A stretch of 63,474 nt of DNA, the filler included, from Reticulomyxa filosa (taxonomy: Eukaryota > Protista > Foraminifera), in NCBI GenBank assembly GCA_000512085.1. It is 20 parts of 20 records of this genome, joined end to end, with 100 filler letters (N's around TTAATTAATTAA, not from the genome) between each part and the next. Parts side by side here need not be neighbours in the genome. Positions count along the whole stretch, not along the records: positions 11,667 to 16,366 come from ASPP01008234.1; positions 16,467 to 19,639 come from ASPP01028840.1; positions 19,740 to 25,280 come from ASPP01005220.1; 17 more parts are not named here. One strand, 5' to 3'. Position numbers and translations under genes: made by a program. The notes beneath the pieces were generated by a model. It was not told the origin of the DNA. It saw nothing but the letters and a program-made list of their open reading frames with translations, and did not search any database. Of this stretch, positions 11,667 through 23,408 are shown one piece after another (positions within the stretch are counted from its first letter, which is position 1; each line of letters starts with the position of its first letter).

Positions 11667-12502
11667 TGATGGCACGACGTCGTCACAGCGGACGTACTTG
11701 ACTTGCGTGCTATGTCACGACACATTGTCTTGGCACGAAGTCCTCGCCGATTTTTCCAACCCTTTCTATTTTTCACGCAATCATTCGCAGCATTGCAAAG
11801 AAATACAATGGAGAAAAAGATGAATTGCATAAGTCAAAGACTATTGAATGTGCCATTTGTTTGGAGCCTGCTTTTAAAGATAGTTTCGTTGCTTTGTGTT
11901 ATATACAAATATATATATATATATTTGTATATATATATATATATGTGCGTTAAAGATGCCAAATGCTGCTTGCTATCACATTGCATTCATGTATTCCACA
12001 CCGAATGCATAAAGAAATGGAAAGAAATCAAAAATAATCAAATCGATTGTCCGTTGTGTCGTACCAAGTCAACTCACTTTATTCCTTCTCAACGCTACAT
12101 CTATGATGAACAACGCAAAAAAGATCACTTTGATCAATTGCTTCAATTCTGGAGCACTAAGCCGTGCAATCATTGGGGTATGCTCCAACTTATTACCTTT
12201 TTTTGTTTTGTGATTGTCAATATAAATATATATATACATATATATTAGAAAAATCACAACGTCGTAATTGCCCGTTTGGCTATCGTTGTCGGTTTGGCCA
12301 TTATGACGACAAAGGTCAATTGATTTCAAAGTCAGATAAACATAAGCATCCTCTTCCTCTGGAAATCAGAAGAAAGCTTGCCGAAAGAAATCAAAATCAT
12401 AATCAACTCCATTTGGATGATGTGTCGATTGCATTTCTTTCTTCTCTTTTTGTTGAGCTTGAATTCCTTTTCACTGCTTTTGCTGATCACTATTCCACAT
12501 AA
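11667..12502 (+). CDS. Makorin-like RING + CCCH E3 ligase, C-terminal part, multi-exon
   Basis: ECAICLEP, intron, CIHVFHTECIKKWK..CPLCRTKSTHFIPS..KPCNHW, intron, CPFGYRCRFGH. This is the makorin C-terminal layout. Confidence 0.75.
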
Positions 12503-12769
12503 AGTTTTCAAATTGTTTCAACTGTTCTTCATTAAAAAAAATCTCTTTTTCGGCATATACTCGTTTCGTCAGTTATCATTTCAAGATATTCTTGGTGTTT
12601 TTGGGGGGGAGGGGGCACAAAAAATTAAAGTGCAAGTAAAAAAGTTCAAATCTTGAAAAATTAGGGTCTTTTTGTATTGATGCTATATTGATACCATTGT
12701 TCGATCCACAATCTTTTTTTTTTTTGAAGTGAACATAAAGAAGTGGAAGCTTAAATTGACCAGTGAGCA

Positions 12770-14754
12770 ATGGCAGAGGAGATACCTGTTTAGTGATTAT
12801 GCATACCCAATCTATCACAAACCTTAGGATCAACAACAAAAAAAAGTGGAGTGAAGCAACACAGCAGCAAAAATACAAAAATTACAAATACTAGGCAGGA
12901 TGGGAAGAAAGAATAGGTCCAGATGGCAACAAATATTATGTGGACTGGGACAGTAATCAAATGTATCGGAAGGAAGAAACAGCCTCAGGAGTCACTCATA
13001 CGCGCATCCCGACACAAGAGCAGATCTCCATTGCTATGCGTCAGTCCGAGATTGAAACAGTTTGCATATGCCAATCTTTTTCAAAAAAAAAAAAAAATTC
13101 TACAACTGTAAAAAAATGAACTTTTTAAAAAAAATGGACAACAGAATAAAGAGAAAGCCGAACAAGTAAATGAAAATGGAGGGACAGACGATGCAAATGG
13201 AAATGAAAATCTAATGAAAATGGAAATGAAGAAGAAGAACAAAAAAGATGAAATTTATAATATAAAAAAAAAGTGAGAAAAGATACCGATGTTGAGTTTA
13301 TTCTTTGTTAGAGCTATAATTAAAAATAAATTGTTTTGAAACATACAAATGGAAATAGGAAAAAGAAGAAATAAAGAAATGGATGAAATGGCTGAAAGAC
13401 AAGGACGAAAAAGATAAAAAAGAAATTGTTACAAACTTTGAGAAATTATCAGATGACAATTTCGAGATATGGTTACTGAAGCAGAGTAAATGGAAAAATG
13501 ATGTAACAAAAAAAAATATTCCCTCAATTTGTGATGCAACAAAAGCTTTTGTTATCTATCATTCCACTGATAGAGTTTCGTTTTTCTCATTTTTTTTTTT
13601 TTTTAATACAGACAAATCGTTAGTTCTTATTACACCCAATACATGCCATTTGATATGGAATAGGACAATCAAGACAACAACGAAGAGAAAGTTAATCATG
13701 TTCTCGTTTTTATTCTAATCTTTTTATCTAATTACAAGCAACAAAAATATATAAATAGTTGGCAGTACAAGTGATAGTGGATGAAAAATCAACAGAGTTA
13801 ATAATGAGAAATTTGACCTTTGAAGAGCTTTTTCGTCAAATTTACAACAATTTGGAATGGAAATATTTGCGAGAAATGAGGAATAAAGATCAAAGGCTTG
13901 AACTAGCTGATTCAAATGATGAAATTATTGAATCAGATGAAATGGTGAAAACAGAATTTGAAAAGAATAAACGTTTATTTAAAGTACTCTGGAGTCCAAT
14001 ACGAATTGAAAAAATAAAAGTAATAAAAAATGCATTAGTTATAATGATTGCCATTAGTGAGTATATTGATAATGAGATATGGCCTAATCTTCCAAATGTA
14101 AAAGAACAAGATGTTGGGAATTTCAAACAATTATTTGAACAAAACTTAGGATATGAATTTGTATGCAATACGAATTTCAAGATGAACAAAGAAGATGTTA
14201 AAGAATTTTTGATAGAAGTAATAACTAGTCGCGAACTTGTCAAGAATAAACAGAAGTATGATGCATTGATAGTGATAGTATCAGGACATGGGGACAAAGA
14301 AGATGTATTGATAACAAGTGATGGAAAAAAAACTCAAATTAATAGTATTCGAACATTATTTGACTGTGATCGAATGAGCTCGTTTCAAAACTTCCCTAAG
14401 ATATTTTTCATCGATGCTTGTCGTGGCACAACTATGCCGAAAAAAGAAAATAATAACACTGCGAGTAGAGGAAGAGGCATAATGCACGATGGCGAAGGTT
14501 TTTTAATGGTATGGTCAACCACGAGTGGATATTCAGTGAGTGACTTGTCGATATTCAGCGAAAGCATAAAATGTCTTATTAGTCAAAAATATCAAAATGA
14601 AACTTTACGTCAAATGCTAAATGAAATTCGAAATGATATTAAAAAAAAAGATTTGTGTTACTGCCTGGAAAGGAGTGACACCATTGACTATGACATTATC
14701 TTTCAACAAAGAATAAGTTTTAGTCAACAGCTAAAAAACGTTGCCGCGAAATAA
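12770..14754 (+). CDS. Caspase-like (peptidase C14A-type) protease with N-terminal WW, UIM-like, helical and PB1-like regions; exons 12770-12787, 12895-13059, 13145-13290, 13359-13574, 13664-13690, 13759-14754
   Basis: Catalytic His in IVSGHG and Cys in PKIFFIDACRG. Spliced N-terminus MAEEIP|AGWEERIGPDGNKYYVDW (WW) and QEQISIAMRQSEIE (UIM-like). All five introns are GT-AG and phase 0; exon 3 needs one extra A in the A9 run at 13264-13272. The protease domain is much more certain than the upstream exons. Confidence 0.8.
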
Positions 14755-16165
14755 GGTAGCCCCGAGTTTGTCTTGTTTACATCTATTTCTCAAATGTGGG
14801 TCCTACAGTCTCGATGAGTACTTTATTTTATTGTGATTACAAGTATCTCTTACTTTTTTTATGTTTGAAGAAAAAGTAAACACTAAATACGCAAAAATGC
14901 GAAATTTCGATAAAGATGTGATAGTTTCGTTCAAAAAGACCCTCTTAGAAATATTTTCAGAGCTACTCCAGTTTTGATAAAAAAATTGTATGATACATTT
15001 TTTTGTTTTCGACAGTTGGCAATTTGTCAAACTTGAGACAACTGAAAATAATCTTTTCAAAGGTAGCCTATCTGATGATTTCTCTACTCTTTAACAATCT
15101 ATTTAGTTTCATGAAAAAAAAATCCTTATGTTTCTTGTCTTTGATTACATCAATACTATACACAAATTAGCATTTCGTACAAACATAGTATAAAAACTGA
15201 TCATAACCTTCTTCCTCAATCTACGTTCCATATATCAAAGGGAAACAAAGAAAACAATACTGAAATTTTTTATTCAATAAAACTATACCACTTAATACAC
15301 AAAGACATTGACAAACTAATAAATTATTATTTACTCTATTGTAGGAATAGTGAGACTGTTAACTGTAATACGAAAGGAACTTAGCTCCAAAAAGTAATTT
15401 CAGTAAAAAGGAAATTAAATTAACAAAGATAATTCAACACAACAAAGGAAAACAAGTAAAAAAAACAACAAAAATGCGTTGTGAAGAAAGGTTTTAACCC
15501 ACCGGGGGTCCCACAGTTCCATTAGTATTTGAGATCGTATAATAGGGACTTGCCTTATACTATTAACTCACATAAGTACATAGTATTAAAAATAATGCTT
15601 ATGTAGATAATATTATATAATAGAAATTCATTTTGAGTATAGAATTGCATGATTATTATATGTTCGAAAGGATCATTTTCAATTATCAAGACACGATAAT
15701 ATGCTTGCATGTATTAAAAATTATTTGCAAAGATATACATTACTACAAAAAATATATATCAATATATATTAGCAATAATTAACCTTTCACTGTTAATTTC
15801 TAATCACTACAGCAACTATATGTCCTTATTATTACCAACAATAGCAATCGTACAACATTATTTCAAATAAATGTGTGAATCAAGTTCATAATTCTTCAAG
15901 TAAATACAATGATAAATGTCTTCCTACATATAAAAAATCAAAAACAATTTTAAAATCTGTTATTATGTTAATTCTCAGAGTAGTAGAACGAATTGAAAAT
16001 TACTTTATTTGCAATTTCATTCAATGAAGGGAAGAAACGTTGAATTACAATAAAATTTTGCTATGGTAACTGATTGAACATGTCCAAAATTGCTTGAAAA
16101 GCAATAATAATAATGAAAAAAACACAACAACACGACAAAAAAAGCATCAACATTTTGAAACACAA

Positions 16166-16366
16166 CTACCAAAATAATCGAATGAGACTCTGTTCAGTGG
16201 GGACACCAACACGCAACATAAAATTGGTCCACATTCCACGAGAGCCTTGGCCTCTGTGCACATATAATCGATTGTTTCCTTTTTTCCAGAGCCCATTGTC
16301 AGGATAGCCCGAAGCGAACAAGGAAAGTAATGTCATCGACAGGCCACAGGACAAGAATCCAACATG
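16166..16366 (-). CDS. C-terminus of a YkuE/TMPPE-like calcineurin-type metallophosphoesterase
   Basis: YPDNGLWKKGNNRLYVHRGQGSRG..LRVGVPTEQSLIRL matches the family's GLY..LYVSRG.G..R.G.P.EI..I.L tail. Confidence 0.55.
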   Translation of the reverse strand, partial: HVGFLSCGLSMTLLSLFASGYPDNGLWKKGNNRLYVHRGQGSRGMWTNFMLRVGVPTEQSLIRLFW

Positions 16367-17052
16367 NNNNNNNNNNNNNNNNNNNNNNNNNNNNNNNNNN
16401 NNNNNNNNNNTTAATTAATTAANNNNNNNNNNNNNNNNNNNNNNNNNNNNNNNNNNNNNNNNNNNNGCTGTTGAAAAAAAGTTAATAAAGTTATTAAAAC
16501 AAAAAAAGAATGGAAAAGAAAGATAATAAAAGAAAGGTTGAGTATACCTCAACCAACACTGGGGCCGGCATTGCAAGTATGTGTCTGTTGGAAACAGAAA
16601 AACAAACAAAAAAAACTAGGTCCAAGGGGAGGAATAAAAACACACATGTTGGTACACAGACAAGCAAAGAGAAAAACAAAACAAAACAAAACAAAAAACA
16701 TAAATTCTTTCTTTCTTTTCATCCTGCAGACAATTTCCATAACTTTTTTAATTTTTTTTTCAATTTTCTTTCCATTGACCTCTGCATGCAATATGACGAG
16801 GCTCTTTCTTTTTGGCTATGTTTTTGACAAAACAAAAATGATAAAGTATTGTACAGCACACATACACAAAAACACGCTCCAAATGTTGCTTTTTTGTTTT
16901 TGTTTTCTTAATGAAACAATTTCAATTTATACCTTTTTTTTTTTAATTATCCATATCCATGTTTTTTTTGTTAGAAACGCAGTTAATTAATAATGATAAT
17001 TATTTATTAAAAAAAAAGTATGTAAAATATAACTTAACTGTGTACAGCAAAA

Positions 17053-18654
17053 ATGATCGGCCGAAAACGCCCTCACGCTGAGGGACAAAGAGAAGATGCA
17101 CCGGCTCCAAAACGTGCAAAGGTATGTATTGCACAAAACAAAAGCCAATATTTATGAGTTGAGGTACATCTATTTGTTTGGATGTTTATACATTGTATAA
17201 TAATAGATGAGTGGTGGCATATGCCATAAAGTGATGAATTTAATGGCATCATTGATGCCAATTAACTGGAGTGCAAGCCAGGCTCGAAGCGACGAAGAGC
17301 CTGCTTCAAATAGTATGGAGCCTCTGGTGAGGCATTCAGAAGTTAATCTATTTTCTTTTTTTTATTTATTCAATCAATACAACAAAGCAATCACACACAC
17401 ATGTCTATGTGCAATTTGTTCATAAATAAATCTTGTAATTATGTATAATATAAATATGTTTCATGCTATTTGTACATAGATGGCACAGGCTCCAAAGTCA
17501 GATATAGAGCCAAAGCAGCAACTGGAACAACAAGAGCAGCTTGCACAAACGGAGCAACTGGAGCAACCAGAGCGGCCAGAAAAGCGACGAAAGCATTCCA
17601 AACGCAAAGGTAAGGATCGACCGAAGGGACAGCGACGACGACGGGTTCAACGAAAATGTGAAAAGGCTACCAAAGAGCCAAAAAAAGACGACGTGGCTCC
17701 TCAGCCAATAAATAAAAAGCTGCTTGTCCTTGATATGGACAATACAATCATGTATTACAGCACTGAAGTTAGTCTTTGTCTTTTGTTATATGTGTGTATA
17801 TGTTTACATATCTAAACTATTAATACAAACAATCACATACAAATAGGAGTTAACAAACGCAGTTGGAAAAGTGGATCTATTTTTGAATGGTCGAGTCCAC
17901 AATGCATGCGTCAAGCCAAGGCCATTCCTGCAAGACTTTCTCGAGGGCTGCAGTAAATATTACGATATTATAATATTTACTGCAGCAGGAAAAAAATACG
18001 CAGACGACGTGTTGGAACTAATAGATAAGAGTCATTATATAACACGTCGATTATATAATGACTCTTTGACTCTTGACACAGAGTCTGAATTTTATAAAGT
18101 TAAATTTATTTGTGTATATGTAAATAGATATGATTTATATTTATAATTATGATAATAAATAATAGGATATTACTAAACTGGGACGGCCGATGAGTGAAGT
18201 CGTCTTCGTAGACGACAGGAAAACCAGCTGCGCGAAATTCCCGTCCAACTCCATCTGCATTGACGTGTATGCAGGTGCTGACAATGATACAGCGGTAACT
18301 TATATTTATTTTGTATGTTTGCTTGTTTAAATATTGACATTAACATAAATATAAATATAAATTACATCACAATAGCTGGTGCGACTGTTGCCATTGTTAT
18401 TGACAACATTGGCACAGGTGGATGATGTACGCACCGTGTTGGATGCGAACCAGTCTTTCCACTGGGTCTGCGACCAAGCGACGTTCGAAAACGAGTCGCA
18501 GATGCAGTTTTGTGTCTATTTTATTTTGTATAAAGTATGTATGTGTATAGCATATCAAAACACAAGCAAATAATCAACAAAATATATGTGCAAATACAAT
18601 AGATCGTGGAATAACATTTTGGAGGCAGCAGAGAAGTCCACTGGTGGCCATTAA
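17053..18654 (+). CDS. NIF/FCP1/SCP-family HAD phosphatase with a basic, low-complexity N-terminus (about 7 exons)
   Basis: KKLLVLDMDNT (DxDxT), VKPRPFLQDFL..IIIFTAA..YADDVLELID, KDITKLGRPMSEVVFVDD, NDTALVRLLPLL..VDDVRTVL. GT-AG introns; stop TAA at 18652-18654. Confidence 0.85.
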
Positions 18655-19065
18655 GGCTGAACGCTGGAGCCGGACGGAATGGAGTCGATCAACGATGCAA
18701 GCGCGAGCAATTGCCACAAAGAACCTATATGGATTGGTATGCAGCAAGAAAAAGAAGGAAGTTAGGAATAGGAAGGGGGGGGGGGGGAAAAAAGGAGGGA
18801 GGAAGGGGAAATGGAGGAGGGGGGAGAGAAGCAAAGAATGGAGCCAGTGGGGAACAGAAACCCACACAATAGACACCCACCAACAACAAACAACAAAAAA
18901 TAAATAAAAGAGTGGGGGTTATCTATAACAGATAACTTTTTTGTTGTTTGTTGTTGACGTTTTTGTCTCCGATGATATGCATCAGGACAAAAACCGAGGA
19001 AGGAAGTTGGGGAAGAGTGAGGTGTGAATGGGATAGAGTAAATGAAGGGAATATATAATGATGGG

Positions 19066-19325
19066 GTGCCTCAAGTGGAGGACACCACTACAAAACTGAA
19101 GGAGTGCGGCAATAATATATTGTTTGTCCACCTTTGGAGACACCATAACAAAACTGCAGGAGTGCATCAATGTTATGTTAGGTGCACCAAGTGGAGACAC
19201 CACCACAAATAACAGAAGGAGTGCGCCCAATGTGCATTGTCTGCACCAAGTGGAGACACCACCCAAAAACTGCAGGAGTGGCTGCAATATTTATTGTCTG
19301 CACCTGTGGAGACACCATACAAAAT
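19066..19325. repeat. Five degenerate 56-59 bp tandem repeats (core CACCAAGTGGAGACACCA..AAAACTGCAGGAGTG..CAAT..ATTG)
   Basis: GGAG(G)ACACCA anchors at 19077, 19136, 19193, 19252 and 19308. The spacing is not a constant multiple of 3. Confidence 0.9.
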
Positions 19326-19344
19326 ATTTCAGAGGCAGTCCATC

Positions 19345-19450
19345 ATGATCTCTGGTCGGGGAGATCATTGCACAAGTCAACCTTTGGTCGGGGGGTTGAC
19401 TGTGCTAATAAAGTTTAGCCTTTGGTCGGAAGGCTAATCTTGGTCGGGAG
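19345..19450 (+). other. Four consecutive hairpins sharing a TGGTCGG loop; candidate structured RNA or ssDNA element
   Basis: Stems: ATGATCTC/GAGATCAT (19345-19368), GCAC-a-AGTCAACC/GGTTGACT-GTGC (19370-19405), TTAGCCTT/AAGGCTAA (19415-19437), CTT/GAG (19439-19450). Confidence 0.8.
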
Positions 19451-19859
19451 GCTCTACACCACTCACATTTCATTGGACTTCAACTGGTCCTGGTGCGTTG
19501 AGGGGATAGAAAAAACTTACATGCGATTGCATGCAGATTCTTCCTCGTAAATAGTCCTTTCTGTTTTCCAAAAAGGAATCCCTCCACTCACTTCTTTCGA
19601 TTCTTCTCTTTCTCCTTCTTTTTTTCCTTTTTTTTTTTTNNNNNNNNNNNNNNNNNNNNNNNNNNNNNNNNNNNNNNNNNNNNTTAATTAATTAANNNNN
19701 NNNNNNNNNNNNNNNNNNNNNNNNNNNNNNNNNNNNNNNCATCACTATTATTAGCACTCTTGATGTACCCAAAGTGCAAACAAAAGCAAGTTGAAAAAGC
19801 ATATGGTTCCAAAAAAGGACATTGCAATAAATAATACAAAGAAAAGTACAAATATAAAA

Positions 19860-22810
19860 TCAAACAGCAAATTAGGCGTTTTTTGAAATAGTTTTAATTT
19901 AAAAAAGAAAATTCTTCCAGTTGCCACGATGAGCTTCGCAAGTTATTGACAACTTTTGTTCTTGTTTACTGTTCAAATGCATTGTCTCAAATAACTAAAT
20001 TTCTCATGTTCGATATGTTGACTTGAAATTAAGGCTCGCCATGTTTCTCTAAGTTCTTGATAGTGTGGACATTCCATTAAGAAGTGTTCAAAAGTTTCTT
20101 CTTCATCTTCGCAACACTTGCAATCTGATGTGCTAGCTCTTTTGATCTTGAACAGTAACATATTTAATCACAATTTACCTTTATCACTCTGCAACATATA
20201 TGCGCTCATGTGTCCAATGTCGATTCTATTTTTTTGTGAAAAATGGATTCAGTCAATGAAAATTCAGTAATATTGCCGATTTATCTGGAATTTATGTTGA
20301 TTGAATTCTGCTTGTATCTTGCTATATTTGCCACTGCATCTGTTCTTTCTTTTCAGGAATTCAGATTGCAATTGGAAAATTATAAGTTTATGAGTTGTAT
20401 TTGTGAATCTCATTCAAAGCAAATTTACAATCAGAAAGAATTACATCACTTTCATTTTTGTACTATAATTGAATTTTTTCAATGCTTGTCGAATTGCCAC
20501 GATTTCACTGCCAATCATTGTTGTGATCCTTTGATTGTGAACTCCAATTCGATCAATTGTGATTGATACAGATCTTGAATGACCAATCCTGCTCATCCAA
20601 GTACTGGATCAGGTTTGACCTTTCATATGCAAAGATAACAATTGTCTTTTCATACAATGTGTTTAATATATCCTCTGATGTTGGCTTCTTCTATTTCTCA
20701 AAAGGCGATTTGCTAGAATGTGGAAGTCTTGCAATATGTGTTGGCAATTTGCTTTGGTTTGGGTATTTATCAGGTTGTATCTCTGGAGCATCAACTTTAA
20801 ATTCATGAATGTATGATCTTGATATTGTTGATAATTTCCATTTACAACTTATCTTAACGTCATTTCAATTTTATATTTGGATATTTTCTTTTGTTCTTTA
20901 TCTTGAATATGTAATCGACTGAGTTTTATCTGGATCTAATAATATTTTCCATTTTGATGCCATAATGACACGTTATCCAAACTTGTTTGCATTAATTCTA
21001 ATTGTCGCTCCATTTCCTTTTCATCACTGGTGTAAATAGATTTCCACAATGTAACATCATATGCAAACATCCACATTAAATTGGATCTTGAACTGAATAC
21101 ACGATATTGTTGATTTACAACATGAATAACAGTAGTAATAATGATGATCCTTGTGTTAAACCTACGTTAAATTTTCTTTCATTGGAACTAATTCCATTTA
21201 ATACAAATTGACAATTCGGTCTTTGATGAAACTATCCAACCAACAATACATTCTTCATTTAAATCTAAATTATTTTATCATCTTGTTACATAATACATCT
21301 ATCATATGCTGAAGAGATGCCTAGTAACACTGCATATGATCCCCATTATTATTGAATGATAAATAAATTGATTCAATCATTCGTAATAACAATTCGGAGT
21401 GTTGTGCCAAGATTGGAATCCTGCTTGTTATTATGTTAATAATTTGTTTTTGTTTAAATACCACATCAATCTCATTGTGATAATTTTTTACAATAATTTC
21501 ACAACTCCAGATAACAATGAAATTAGTATGTAATTCTTGCAGACGCTGTGATCTCAATCTGGTTTTGGAATTGGAACAATGTTCGCTCTTTTCCATAATC
21601 TTGGAAGAATAATTATTTTCATTTGTCTTGTTTTTATTTATATGTTGTGATACTCCATTAATGCGATTTTTAAATTTGGATATCTCTTTTGGATTTGAAT
21701 TAATTATCACACGATCTTCTTTTCAATTACTTTCTTTTCTTCGAGACATGTTCACACCGATTGCCTTTCGTGTTCTTTGAATAACTGGACAAACAATCGA
21801 ATCACTATGATGTTATCCTTTTTATAACACACTTATAGAATCTCGGATTTTTTTGTAATGATATTGTTCCGATAAATGATTCCTTCGTCAACAGTACTTA
21901 TATACATTGATTTTGAGCAATCTTTTGCAAAATGATTCAACTTGAAACATTTCCTACATTGGATGAAATGTGATTTTGGACGTCTTCGATATCTAACAAA
22001 TACTTCAAATTTTGCTTCGTTAAATCCAATTGTGATTATCATTTCTTCAAATGATCTTTTAATATCTTCTGATTTTGCAAATGTCACTTTACTACTGGCA
22101 TATTTTTAAATCTTTCAACTTCTTCTACTTCATATCCAAGTTCTTACAATGTATCAATAATTTCTTGTGGTGATTCTCTTGTCAATACATTCTTCAATAA
22201 AACACAACGATTTGTTTCTAGGTTTTGACACCAATTCTCTTCAACTTACATTCGTGAAAACCAACGAAAGACTTGTTCTGCAGAAGTAATATTTGAGTAT
22301 ATTATTGTTTTCCTTCTAAATGTTTTCATCGTCAAATACTTTTTCTGCCACTTTATGTTCTTGATTAGTGGTTCTTTTTGTAGTATTTCTAGTCTTTATT
22401 TTTTATTTGCTTTTCGTGTTCATTTGCATAATCATCATCTTGTGGTCTTGAACACTTGATTGAATTACGCTCTTGTGACTTAATTTTCACTTATTGTCTT
22501 CTTTTGCTTGCATTGTAAATCATTATTTCATCATTGCTATTCAAATGTGATTGTCCACCATTGCTAATTTGGTTTACGATTTCTGACAATAACGACAGTG
22601 AATTACCAGAATGTTTGCTAATCTATTTTTGTATCCAATATGCATTCAAATTATCGTTCCCTTTGTTATTTGCTTTGCTTGGTAATGATGACATTTTTCC
22701 ACCAAAGTTTCCAAAATTCCAACGAAAATTTTTGCATTGTGATTTATCTATTACGTAAATATAACTTCGGATATTGTTTTTTGTACTGGCTGATATTGCC
22801 TTAATCACAA
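19860..22810 (-). mobile_element. Decayed non-LTR retrotransposon (LINE) with gag-like zinc knuckle, RT, RNase H and C-terminal zinc finger
   Basis: IQCRKCFKLNHFAKDC (about 21920-21965); RT remnants GLTQGSS and MFAYDVTLW (about 21045-21170); RNase H-like TTMIGSEIVAIRQAL..VILSDCKFA (about 20415-20530); CKCCEDEEETFEHFLMECPHY..R (20045-20125). Many stops and frameshifts. Confidence 0.8.
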
Positions 22811-23408
22811 ATTATAAAATTTTAAAATAACCTTAAAATTTACAAAAATCTTACAAATAACAAATTTGTGATTTTCTTTTGATTTTACAATGGCCTATTC
22901 AACGGTTTCAAATAACTCTTACAATTAATTTCTCCAATATAATAACCAATTTTCTTAAGGAGATTTCATAAAGAAATTTTTCCAAATCTTTAATACTCCC
23001 AAAATTTGCTTCAAATCTTGAAAGATCTTAGATTATCTTGCCTTTTGTACCTAAATCCCTTCAAAAACAACTTTTGCATAAAGGTGAAAATGATGACGAA
23101 GTTGGCTAGAATTTTTTTTTTCTCACATATGTATATATTCAAAATTTTTCTTGAATTGCAAAAAACAAACGACAGTACAAGTGGCAAATGCAACAATATT
23201 GTGAACTTAAAAAAGCTTTTCAATAACAAAATTTGGTTCAAAACTTACAATCCTGGTATTACAAACATTACACTTTTCTATTTTATTCTTTGATTGACCC
23301 AATTTATTTATATACAAAAAAAATTTTAAGCAAACAAACAAATTCTCACTTTACATTTACGAATTAGCATTAGCACAATTTGAGTGTAACTGGAACAAAA
23401 TGTTGGAA

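Noticed and set aside
19066-19325. CRISPR array interpretation of the ~58-bp repeats
   Set aside because: The 'spacers' are homologous to each other, the repeats are degenerate, there are no cas genes, and the context is eukaryotic.
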